In this document: positions 45,426-53,389 of the stretch, in pieces
Numbering within the stretch: position 1 is the stretch's first letter
Layout: the number at the start of each line of letters is the position of its first letter
IMG/VR virus record: IMGVR_UViG_3300045988_180522
Source of the DNA: a virus
Strand: one strand, 5' to 3'
Length of the DNA: 64,000 nucleotides
Translations under genes and position numbers: made by a program
Notes under the pieces: generated by a model
Database searches by the model: none
What the model was told of the DNA's origin: nothing
What the model saw: only the letters and a program-made list of their open reading frames with translations

Positions 45426-45854
45426 CTATTTTTTAAGTAAATTATTTTCAGCAAGATAACAAAGCATTTCATAGGCGGCTTCTAGTAACGTATCCCCATA
45501 AATTGGAGTGGAAAGTTTACTTCCGTCACTATCCTCAGTAGTCCCATAGTATACTCCCCACTCATCTATACATCTTTCTATTCTAAGAGAAAATACTTCA
45601 TTTGATCTAGAGGATACCCTGGGAGGGATAACATTCAATAAATCTTGGAGGGTAAAAGTTGGAATCACTTCATAAGACATAAATCCAATTACCTGAAACT
45701 CTTTCTGTAGACTAAGAAACCACTCTCCTGTAGAATCGTCGTCAATTTTACATCCATGACAATGACGTGTCCAATATAAAGTAGCTTCGCTAGTATCAAT
45801 ATCTAAGTCTTTTAGATGTTTCATTTGATCTATTGATAAAACCTGATCTCTCAT
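45426..45854 (-). CDS. Hypothetical protein
   Basis: 142 aa; its start overlaps the stop of 45851..46321. Confidence 0.4.
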   Translation of the reverse strand: MRDQVLSIDQMKHLKDLDIDTSEATLYWTRHCHGCKIDDDSTGEWFLSLQKEFQVIGFMSYEVIPTFTLQDLLNVIPPRVSSRSNEVFSLRIERCIDEWGVYYGTTEDSDGSKLSTPIYGDTLLEAAYEMLCYLAENNLLKK

Positions 45855-46321
45855 GCTAAAAATCTATTGGCTATATTTAATAAATCTCTAAAGCATTCCA
45901 TAAATTGCGTTGCCATACTTTTAGATGGGAACGTAAGAGTATGACAGTATACATAACGTGATATAAATGATACTGTTAATTCTCCATCTATCGTACTTTG
46001 GATATAATAAATATTCGCGCATGTTTTCTCTGGATCCCATTCACCTATCCAAGCTTTTCGTAACCTTATCAGTTGAATAAGAGCTAATGTGGCTTCTGCT
46101 TCTACTTCTGATGCATGTAAATTTCTATCCCCATAAGGAGTTCTGCCTTTATTCTCTCTTAAATTTATTTTTGAATCATAACCTATAAAATACTCCTGTC
46201 TAATAGGTGTTCTATTACAAAATTCTTCCCAAGTTTTAGGTATTACCCGACAAATTTTATAGATATTTCCTTCTTTTATAAGTTCTGAATCATCAGGAAT
46301 TTCAATAGTTATTACTTTCAT
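45851..46321 (-). CDS. Member B of the duplicated small-protein family (paralog of 42379..42852)
   Basis: 156 aa, clearly alignable with 42379..42852. Confidence 0.55.
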   Translation of the reverse strand: MKVITIEIPDDSELIKEGNIYKICRVIPKTWEEFCNRTPIRQEYFIGYDSKINLRENKGRTPYGDRNLHASEVEAEATLALIQLIRLRKAWIGEWDPEKTCANIYYIQSTIDGELTVSFISRYVYCHTLTFPSKSMATQFMECFRDLLNIANRFLA

Positions 46322-46328
46322 ATACTTT

Positions 46329-46562
46329 CTATTTTATAATTTCATACTCATCCGGGTGGAACATATAACATGTTCCTAATCCCATTACACTTATACCCAC
46401 CCGATATTCTCCATCATCTACGCAAGATTCATCCTGGAACACTAATAGTCCTCCTCTATGGAAATCAGGATGACATTCCACATTATCCTTTATTCTGACT
46501 TTTGTTCCCGCTGGATATTTATAAATATCAGGTCTGTCTTGTTTTCTCACTTTCTCTTTCAT
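46329..46562 (-). CDS. Small hypothetical protein
   Basis: The track start at 46592 is GTG and sits inside a GC-rich palindrome; the first ATG is at 46562, with AGGAAAA upstream. Confidence 0.35.
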   Translation of the reverse strand: MKEKVRKQDRPDIYKYPAGTKVRIKDNVECHPDFHRGGLLVFQDESCVDDGEYRVGISVMGLGTCYMFHPDEYEIIK

Positions 46563-46589
46563 TTTTCCTAAATTTAATGTATTTATATA

Positions 46590-46612
46590 CACCTCCCCCG
46601 GGCCGGGAGGTG
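46590..46612. repeat. GC-rich palindrome CACCTCCC-CCGGGCC-GGGAGGTG (representative of a dispersed CCNGG-containing palindrome family)
   Basis: The 8-bp arms are CACCTCCC and GGGAGGTG around CCGGGCC, in an intergenic 216-nt AT-rich spacer. Confidence 0.6.
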
Positions 46613-46808
46613 GATAATTTATAGGGAAATCTTTCTACTGAAATTACTGTATAACTTTTATAAATCCATACATAGTAAATAAAAATCCTACTGTAGAGAG
46701 TATTCCTCCCCAGATCTTGAAGAATGAAAAATCATCATAATCCTCATCTGATTTGTAAAAAGTTACCCCTATTATAAATAAAACTACTCCTATTAATATT
46801 GCCATGAT

Positions 46809-47036
46809 TCATATTTGTATATAAGACTCTCCTATCGTCCATCCCTGATCCTTTAATTCCTCCAGAACAGGCCTTATGGACTCAAGGGCCTCTTCTGTTG
46901 TATAGTCTTCAGGGAGGACAGATGTTACCTCCCTGAAAGCTTCAATAACTACAGTTATTTTCTGTTTTTTTGTCATATTCTGATTCCACGGTGCTGCATG
47001 ATCATAATCAGATCCTATAGGACAATTTTCACTCAT
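46809..47036 (-). CDS. Small hypothetical protein
   Basis: 75 aa with an ATG start. Confidence 0.3.
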   Translation of the reverse strand: MSENCPIGSDYDHAAPWNQNMTKKQKITVVIEAFREVTSVLPEDYTTEEALESIRPVLEELKDQGWTIGESYIQI

Positions 47037-47068
47037 ATTGTTTTGTTTCTTTTAGTAACCATACTTTG

Positions 47069-47386
47069 TCACTCATATTCATTATTAATATCAGAACACA
47101 ATTGTCTTATTTTTCTTTCAATTTCCAGTAACCGACTATCTGACATTTGTCTTGCTCTTAGAAGAATAGTACCCATATTCTCTCTTAAAGCATCTCCGAT
47201 ACATCTTATAGCCATACCTGTACTATTTGCCAGCTGACCGTGATATGTAAAAGATATCTCATTAGGGTTTACCTTAAGAATATCCGATTTTTCAGCTTCC
47301 TGATACTCCTCTATCAGCTTCCTGAGATTTTCTATATCTCTTCCAAAGTTTCTTTCTTTCATAATTACACTTATTAATGAATCCAT
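47069..47386 (-). CDS. Small hypothetical protein, possibly a relic of the polymerase C-terminal region
   Basis: 105 aa. It overlaps the candidate polymerase exon 3 in another frame. Similarity to the PolA C-terminus is weak. Confidence 0.3.
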   Translation of the reverse strand: MDSLISVIMKERNFGRDIENLRKLIEEYQEAEKSDILKVNPNEISFTYHGQLANSTGMAIRCIGDALRENMGTILLRARQMSDSRLLEIERKIRQLCSDINNEYE

Positions 47387-47526
47387 CTGTCTCCAATATT
47401 GACATCCACATCTATATGCAGTACAGATGTAAACAGATCACCTGCTTCTCTCATACACTTGGTCAGCAGGTCTGAAGCTTCCTGTACTATATCCTTTGAA
47501 GCTCCTATGTTTACCTCCATTTTGTG
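47374..47526 (-). CDS. Candidate third exon of the family A DNA polymerase (motif C region)
   Basis: Hand translation of an unlisted frame gives (HK)MEVNIGASKDIVQEASDLLTKCMREAGDLFTSVLHIDVDVNIGDRWIH*. The NIGASKDIV..A stretch resembles the PolA ..INAPMQGTAADIIKRA region. The expected HDE is replaced by HIDVD, and the ORF ends 9 codons later. Confidence 0.3.
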   Translation of the reverse strand, partial: HKMEVNIGASKDIVQEASDLLTKCMREAGDLFTSVLHIDVDVNIGDRWIH

Positions 47527-47585
47527 TTACGAATATATCGATTCCATATATTCTCTTATCCTTTCAGATAAGGCCGGACTATCTC

Positions 47586-48344
47586 TTATAAAGAAATTTC
47601 TCTCCATATACATCCGAGTTTTACTCCGGACATACTATTAATTTCTTTACCTGTGCGTTTCAATTCCTCTTGGAACTTACACCATTTCTGGTTAGTCTCT
47701 GAGCTCCACCTCTTATAGGAATAACAATTTAATGGGTATCTTGACAGTATATCAGACAAAATCTTAGCTCCTTTATATTTTTTGATCCTTAGATAATAGA
47801 AAATTCTTCCATCCTTTTTTCTTTCAACCTCGATCTCAGGGAATACTCCTATCCTGTTAAAAAATGGGATAAAAACCTGTTCCTGATCCTCCCTGCTAAA
47901 TCTATGAGTACTGATATTATAGTACATCTCATTTTTATGAAGGGATCCATTATCATATATCCATAGAGCTATTCCTAAGTCATCTATTTTATCCATAGCA
48001 TCTTTAAGACTAAGAGACCTTATAGAAGGCAGTATACGGCAGGACCTGGACCTCATACAATATATACTGGTCCTTGAATATCCGTTTTCTTCTACAAAAG
48101 TCTTACTCTTAAACAAATCTCCCAGTAATTGTGATTTGAAGTCTATATACTCCTCATACTTACAATTAGTACAGTAATAGGTGCTATTACTATTTGATGT
48201 ATATATACCTCCATCACCGATCTTTGCTGTCAAAAACACCTGTAATTGTTCTCTACTTAGAGAGTAAAGTTGCTGATTTTCCATTATTGTAGATTTATAG
48301 TATCGTACAAATATAGATAATATTATCAAGCATTCAACAGACAT
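47586..48344 (-). CDS. LAGLIDADG homing endonuclease (double-motif)
   Basis: Motifs FLTAKIGDGGI and GIALWIYDNGSLH. Confidence 0.6.
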   Translation of the reverse strand: MSVECLIILSIFVRYYKSTIMENQQLYSLSREQLQVFLTAKIGDGGIYTSNSNSTYYCTNCKYEEYIDFKSQLLGDLFKSKTFVEENGYSRTSIYCMRSRSCRILPSIRSLSLKDAMDKIDDLGIALWIYDNGSLHKNEMYYNISTHRFSREDQEQVFIPFFNRIGVFPEIEVERKKDGRIFYYLRIKKYKGAKILSDILSRYPLNCYSYKRWSSETNQKWCKFQEELKRTGKEINSMSGVKLGCIWREISL

Positions 48345-48547
48345 TTCTGTCTGTTTGTAGCTATTATCTCTTTAGGAGTTCCCAGCAGTTAACACAGTTT
48401 TACTACGACAAGGTTTTTTAGGTCCATCGTAGGGTGTTATATAAAACTCCACTTTATCATACAGCCATCCTCTGCTCCTGCATTCTCTGAACATATTGAT
48501 CAATGCGAATCTAAGTATCTGAGCTCCGGTGCCTTGTATCGTATTTA

Positions 48548-49282
48548 TTAATAATTATTTAATATGTAATTTGCAAATGATTTTAAATCTTCTACGGATG
48601 CGTTCTGTTTCATAGAATTAGCTAGCTTGGAAATAACCTGAACATTGCCTTTTACATATCCTTTATCAGGATCTATTCTATCTAAAGATATAGAATAGTC
48701 AGATCCTCCTAGCACACCAACAATAAAAGGTTTCCCAAGTATAGGGCATCTGTCAGGAATATAAATATCCTCAGGAGTAAGATTAAATTCAATATTATAC
48801 ATAGAGGCCCTCTTTCTGGCATTATTTAATAATGACATAATCTTACCACGTTCAGACTGCTGATATTTTACATCAATCCTCTTTAGATGTTCTGCATAGT
48901 CAGGATTATGAGTTTTTCTTATTTTCTTATTTATGTTAGATCTTAAGATAGTAATCTCTCTATTCGGACATCTTTGTACTCTCTTCACAGCACAAGGTTT
49001 ACAGACAGAATTTATTCTTCTTCTCTTTTTACTATAAGACCACCCAAATTCAGATAATGGAAGAAATCTATGACATTCATTACACCATTTTAAAGATGGA
49101 TCTGACGATCTTACATAATGGCCTCTAGGATTATAGGAAATTCCATTTTCCTCTGCTAGCCTCTTTAATCTCTCTACTTTCTGATTGTATACTCTTTCTT
49201 TTACGCATTCCTTACATACTACCTTATTAGTAGAGTAGAATTCAGAACTATCCTTTTCTTTTCCACAAATTTTGCAAATCAT
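48548..49282 (-). CDS. HNH-family homing endonuclease with N-terminal Cys zinc knuckles
   Basis: Zinc knuckles CKICGKEK...CKEC and CNECHRF...CKPCAVKRVQRC, and a C-terminal SLDRIDPDKGYVKGNVQVISKLANSMK motif (LDRID...GN.Q..S..AN..K type). Confidence 0.5.
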   Translation of the reverse strand: MICKICGKEKDSSEFYSTNKVVCKECVKERVYNQKVERLKRLAEENGISYNPRGHYVRSSDPSLKWCNECHRFLPLSEFGWSYSKKRRRINSVCKPCAVKRVQRCPNREITILRSNINKKIRKTHNPDYAEHLKRIDVKYQQSERGKIMSLLNNARKRASMYNIEFNLTPEDIYIPDRCPILGKPFIVGVLGGSDYSISLDRIDPDKGYVKGNVQVISKLANSMKQNASVEDLKSFANYILNNY

Positions 49283-49525
49283 ATCTATTATATTTTCTTT
49301 TCACAAACATAATAAGATATATACACAAAAGCAAATTATTAATTATCATTTTCATGATAGATCGGACTATATCATCTCCCTTCTCTTTTTAGAGGATGGG
49401 GAGTGGGATGCTGTGGGCTCATCGTAATGTCCCTAGTCTCTGAACCTTCCTCAGTCTTCCCTGAGGCTCGGCTGCTGATTATCATACAGTTTTCTGCTTA
49501 GATTCCCAGCAATTCTTCCCATTAT

Positions 49526-50062
49526 TCAAGCAATATTCCTATTGCAGGCTGCATACATTCTACAGTAGTTCACCGAAAATTTCTCAGCTTCCGACTTTCT
49601 TTTAAAGTAGTGTCTTACCTTTTTCACCATATCTCTCTCCTCCTGGTCCCTGGGGGACTTCTTTCCGGATCTGTCCTTTGGTATCTCTCTGTACTTGTTC
49701 CAGAATTCCTCTGTAAAGCTTTCTTTCAGCTCACACAGATCATCGAAATCATAGATATGGGCTCTGTGTCCGGTCTTAGGATTTATAATTACATATCCCA
49801 GTCTCATAACTTCCTCTTTCCTCATATTCTGCCACGCTATAAGCCCTTTGAAACCAGATCTGTACCTGTTATCCAGTTCCTTTGCTCTTTCTTCAGAGAG
49901 ACCGAAGTTCTGCATAAGGGTAGTCCATCCTCCCAGATAATTCCACAGGAACTCATACTTCTTTGCTGTATCTCTAAGATCACTGTGATATTTCTTAATA
50001 TCTGCCGTGGACAGGCCTTCCAGTTCTTTGAATACCATCCGGCCAGTCAGTGAGTGCATCAT
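49526..50062 (-). CDS. polA: Family A DNA polymerase, exon 2 (motif B and fingers/palm region); the ORF tail after about residue 110 is probably intron read-through
   Basis: RDTAKKYEFLWNYLGG corresponds to RRxAKxxNFGxxYG. ...LSEERAKELDNRYRSGFKGLIAWQNMRKEEVMRLGYVIINPKTGHRAHIYD aligns with E. coli Pol I [49 protein letters not shown]. Confidence 0.65.
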   Translation of the reverse strand: MMHSLTGRMVFKELEGLSTADIKKYHSDLRDTAKKYEFLWNYLGGWTTLMQNFGLSEERAKELDNRYRSGFKGLIAWQNMRKEEVMRLGYVIINPKTGHRAHIYDFDDLCELKESFTEEFWNKYREIPKDRSGKKSPRDQEERDMVKKVRHYFKRKSEAEKFSVNYCRMYAACNRNIA

Positions 50063-51129
50063 ATTTTGTTATCCCAAAGGCTTTTTATCCTCTGGTTCTA
50101 TAAGTACTGGTAACCTCCTTATAGTTCGGCATATATTTTCACCCTCTTTAAGAGGGGCTGAGAACTCGTGGGCTGTTATATTTATTCAAGCCTATGCTCT
50201 ACAATACTTATAACCCTATTCGCAATGTTATAAGTTATCTCGGTGTTGAATAAGTTACGCTTTCTTGAAAGAAAAATAGTAGCATCTTTATACAAGAAAT
50301 CATATATACATTTCTTTACCTTATCAGAAGCATTTATAATTACTTTCCAATAATCGGTAGTTTTTCCTTGAATATGATATATTCTATATGAGAAATTTTT
50401 AAACCAACCCATTATCTGCTTCATAAAATGTTCTGAATTAAACACAAATTCAACAATACTACATCCCACATGGCCGTCTCCATCAAAGAAGCCTCTTATA
50501 AAATGTCTCCACAATTCCTCAGGTATAGAATCTTCAGGAATATAAAAACTTTTGTCTAAAGTTTTTAGTGGTCTGATATTATACTTAGCTCCTAATGTAT
50601 CGAACATATGTTCAGAAGTCCATTGTAATGTGTAACAAGGTTTTTTCTTTCTGTTATGAGTGTAATTTTTAACTAGTAATGAAGAATCAGGACATATATT
50701 ACTATGTAATGCTTCTATAGCTTCCTTGTCATCTATAGTATTATTAAATGCTATCCTTTTCGTATAGTGTAAATTCCTCTTTTCTAATCTACAACACCCA
50801 TCTGCTACTAAAAATCCAAGTAAGTAGGCTTTCAGTTCGGAATCTATATTATCAAAGAAATAGTCGTTAATTCTAAGTCCTCTTCTATCAAACTTAATAT
50901 TATAGTACTTAAAACAATCACTTACTCTTTGGGAAGAAATACCAAACCGACTTCCTATTTCTCTCTGATTTTTACCTTCTCTCATCATTTGACAGGCTAT
51001 TTCTATGTCAAATCTCTCTAAGCACTCTTTTTTAGTCATTTTATTTATCTATGGCAGTTATTAACTATGCAATAGTATAAATAAAAATCACCATTACCAT
51101 ATTTTTCACCGATTTTTCTCAGTTTTTTA
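50063..51129 (-). mobile_element. Group I intron-like insertion carrying a LAGLIDADG HEG between polymerase exons 1 and 2
   Basis: Exon 1 ends ...GDRLH(VSLYSNI*) and exon 2 resumes (MMH)SLTGRMVF..., matching the PolA DIHT.TA..FG position. The HEG ORF is in the same frame as exon 1 but is separated from it by a stop, so an intein is unlikely. Confidence 0.45.
50182..51039 (-). CDS. LAGLIDADG homing endonuclease
   Basis: Two canonical dodecapeptides, AYLLGFLVADGCC and RHFIRGFFDGDGHVG. Confidence 0.8.
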   Translation of the reverse strand: MTKKECLERFDIEIACQMMREGKNQREIGSRFGISSQRVSDCFKYYNIKFDRRGLRINDYFFDNIDSELKAYLLGFLVADGCCRLEKRNLHYTKRIAFNNTIDDKEAIEALHSNICPDSSLLVKNYTHNRKKKPCYTLQWTSEHMFDTLGAKYNIRPLKTLDKSFYIPEDSIPEELWRHFIRGFFDGDGHVGCSIVEFVFNSEHFMKQIMGWFKNFSYRIYHIQGKTTDYWKVIINASDKVKKCIYDFLYKDATIFLSRKRNLFNTEITYNIANRVISIVEHRLE

Positions 51130-52653
51130 CTATATATTACTATATAGGGAGACATGCAATCTATCTCCACTTCCTTCCAGGAACTCACTGATCATAGCCT
51201 CATCCCTTGAAGCATCAGCCATAAGAACAGACTCTTCCCCTTTAACATCCTGTGATATCCACAGCCATCCCTCCCTTGGAATGAAGCATGATCTGGTTCT
51301 TTCATTCTTAGGAAGATTCAAAAGGTTCGGGTCTGTGGAACTGAATCTGGTGGTATCTGTTCCAAGCTGATGATAATTAGTATAGACCCTCCCGGTCCGG
51401 GGGTGGATATTTTCAAGGAATTTAGGCCCGTAAGTACTGACTACTTTCTCCAGTTTCTTGTATTTACAGTAGAGATCTACAATTTTATGGATATACCTCT
51501 GCGGCTTTATTTTCTTGGCATCACAGGTCTTTTTAAATCCTGTGGGACTATCCTTGTCTTCTACCATAACATCACATCCCAGCTCCTCCAGCAGAGGGAT
51601 TACCTGTCCTGAACTGGACCAGTTGATATCACATACATATCTTTCGGATTCATGAAACATATCGTACTGAGGATCCTCATAGATGTACGGATATTGCGAC
51701 ATTCTCTCATAGGCTATTTTCCTGTATTCCAGATTCCCGTCCTTAACTACCTTGTCCAGATCCGGCCTCCTCTTAAGTCTTTTCCTTTTTACAGGAACAG
51801 TCTTTCCTTTTACTTTCTTTGTCTTGTTGGAATCCTGGACATTGTTTGTAACCCATTCTTTCTGTTCCTCTTTGGACATGGAATAAGGATCGAAATAAAG
51901 GATTTTCCCCGGAGACGGATGTTCCAGTGAATATTCTATTACAGCCTTATTAAGAGCTTCTACAGACTCCTTAAGATCCCTCATATCATCTTCCGCCTTC
52001 TCCATCCATTTTTCCCGGCTTACAATCACTCCGCACCATTCCATATAAGACAGAGGGGCAATAGTCATTCCTTCTATAGCAGCAGCAGTATACAAATCCT
52101 GTCTTCTAAGCTCCTCTTCCTGCTTATCAGCTATCATAAGAAGATATTTCACATCATCACATGCATACACTATTACCTCAGGAGTAAGGCCTCTGGAAGC
52201 TATCTCCGTACGTACGGACTTATCCATACTGACTCCTGCATATCTGTGGGCCAGTCCCTGTAAACTTGCTGAAGGATAAGAAGGGTACCCTAGATATATC
52301 AGCTGTTCATTCAGGAACAGGTCATACATATTCATAATACATATTCTGTGATTATGCAGGTATTTGGCATCAAACTTACCATTAACTACTATAAACTGTA
52401 TGTCCTCAGATTCCAGCAACTCCTTATATAGTTGTATATCAATAGTATAAGTGTCAACAAGGATTTGTATATCAAAGTTTCCAAACTGTATACACCTGAT
52501 ATTCCCTGAATGACAGTCCAGTGAAGTAGTCTCAGTATCGAATCCTATTCTTTTCATACTGCGGAGGATATCCAGGGATTTCTCCACAGACATCCTCCCG
52601 TATTTATCAGAGGTTCCGAACAGGTCAGTATTATTACTTACTACATACCTCAT
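51130..52653 (-). CDS. polA: Family A DNA polymerase, exon 1 (3'-5' exonuclease and N-terminal polymerase domain with motif A)
   Basis: Exo I motif IGFDTETTSLD; TGRV...HQLGTDTTRFSSTDPNLLNLPK corresponds to TGRLSS.DPNLQNIP; motif A-like ISQDVKGEESVLMADASRDEAMISEF follows. The ORF then terminates. Confidence 0.8.
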   Translation of the reverse strand: MRYVVSNNTDLFGTSDKYGRMSVEKSLDILRSMKRIGFDTETTSLDCHSGNIRCIQFGNFDIQILVDTYTIDIQLYKELLESEDIQFIVVNGKFDAKYLHNHRICIMNMYDLFLNEQLIYLGYPSYPSASLQGLAHRYAGVSMDKSVRTEIASRGLTPEVIVYACDDVKYLLMIADKQEEELRRQDLYTAAAIEGMTIAPLSYMEWCGVIVSREKWMEKAEDDMRDLKESVEALNKAVIEYSLEHPSPGKILYFDPYSMSKEEQKEWVTNNVQDSNKTKKVKGKTVPVKRKRLKRRPDLDKVVKDGNLEYRKIAYERMSQYPYIYEDPQYDMFHESERYVCDINWSSSGQVIPLLEELGCDVMVEDKDSPTGFKKTCDAKKIKPQRYIHKIVDLYCKYKKLEKVVSTYGPKFLENIHPRTGRVYTNYHQLGTDTTRFSSTDPNLLNLPKNERTRSCFIPREGWLWISQDVKGEESVLMADASRDEAMISEFLEGSGDRLHVSLYSNI

Positions 52654-53221
52654 TTTTTTTTATTTTATGCCATACTATATACTTATCAAAATCTATCTTC
52701 CACTTGTGCTTGTCGAAGAATTCACTTCCGAGGATTCCTGTAACATTAAGGCCCTCCCTGTTGCTGAACTCTCTCAGTCCTTTCAGGTCTGAGACCAGAA
52801 AGTCCTCATTGAATTCCATATTCCTGATATTAAATCTGACCTGCATACCATAGGAATCCATAATAGCTCCGTTCCCCACCTGTATCTTATCTCCTTCGGC
52901 TATTGTCTTCCCTTTCAGCTTATCCTTTATAGTATACAGGAATTGAATATCAAGGCAGTTCTGGTGAGCTCCGGAATCCAGAAGGAACCTGCATTTCTTA
53001 CCATACAGGTGAACAATGATCATCGGAGTCTTTGTCCTTTCGAAATAATCCTCAAAAGAGAAAAACTCCCATTCTTTTGTATTCTCATTGTTCCTGTTCA
53101 GATCCCTTGAGATTCTCAGGGTAATAAGATATACCGGCCACAATGCCAGTAATAAAAATGCCAGACATACCATCCCCATATTACCTCCTTCCGGTGGAGC
53201 CGAATCCTCCTCTGGACTCAT
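52634..53221 (-). CDS. Membrane-anchored retropepsin-like (clan AA) aspartic protease
   Basis: The track start at 53251 is TTG; the first ATG is at 53221. It has a TM helix ([21 protein letters not shown]), a catalytic [12 protein letters not shown] motif (D-S/T-G-A) and a C-terminal [12 protein letters not shown] motif (ILGxDFL type). The stop overlaps the polymerase start by 20 nt. Confidence 0.6.
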   Translation of the reverse strand: MSPEEDSAPPEGGNMGMVCLAFLLLALWPVYLITLRISRDLNRNNENTKEWEFFSFEDYFERTKTPMIIVHLYGKKCRFLLDSGAHQNCLDIQFLYTIKDKLKGKTIAEGDKIQVGNGAIMDSYGMQVRFNIRNMEFNEDFLVSDLKGLREFSNREGLNVTGILGSEFFDKHKWKIDFDKYIVWHKIKKNEVCSK

Positions 53222-53389
53222 TTCCCAGATGTTGTACTTCCACAAACTCAATTTTCTTTGTGAACAACCACTTTATCTTCTGCCATGGTGTTGCAAACTG
53301 GTTAGGCTGTATCCTGAACTGTGCTATCCAGTCCCCTTTTTTATCTATATACATCTCTGTTCTGGCAGAATGCAGTTTGTATCTTATTT

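Larger units (their letters stand above)
47531..49540 (-). mobile_element. Intron-like insertion (about 2 kb) in the polymerase gene, carrying an HNH and a LAGLIDADG homing endonuclease gene
   Basis: Exon 2 ends around ...AEKFSVN and the exon 3 candidate begins at ...VNIGASKD; both correspond to the same PolA AINA.QG.AAD position. The intervening DNA holds two HE ORFs and about 650 nt of non-coding sequence. Confidence 0.4.

Noticed and set aside
46592-46592. Non-ATG starts given as M in the track (46592 GTG, 12629 TTG, 40179 GTG, 41057 TTG, 42382 GTG, 53251 TTG, 17093 TTG)
   Set aside because: Reverse-complement checks show these are GTG or TTG codons. The first in-frame ATG with a plausible context was used instead; starts remain uncertain by a few codons.
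47069-47386. The 105-aa ORF as the bona fide polymerase C-terminal exon
   Set aside because: YHGQLANSTGMAIRCIGDAL only weakly resembles the QGSAADIIKRAMI region. A better match (NIGASKDIVQEA...LH) lies in another frame at 47374..47526, and no HDE is found in any frame. Kept only as a hypothetical ORF.
50182-51039. LAGLIDADG ORF as an intein within the polymerase
   Set aside because: It is in the same frame as exon 1, but a stop codon (51130..51132) and non-coding spacer separate them, and the downstream exon is in a different frame. That is consistent with an intron-encoded HEG, not an in-frame intein.
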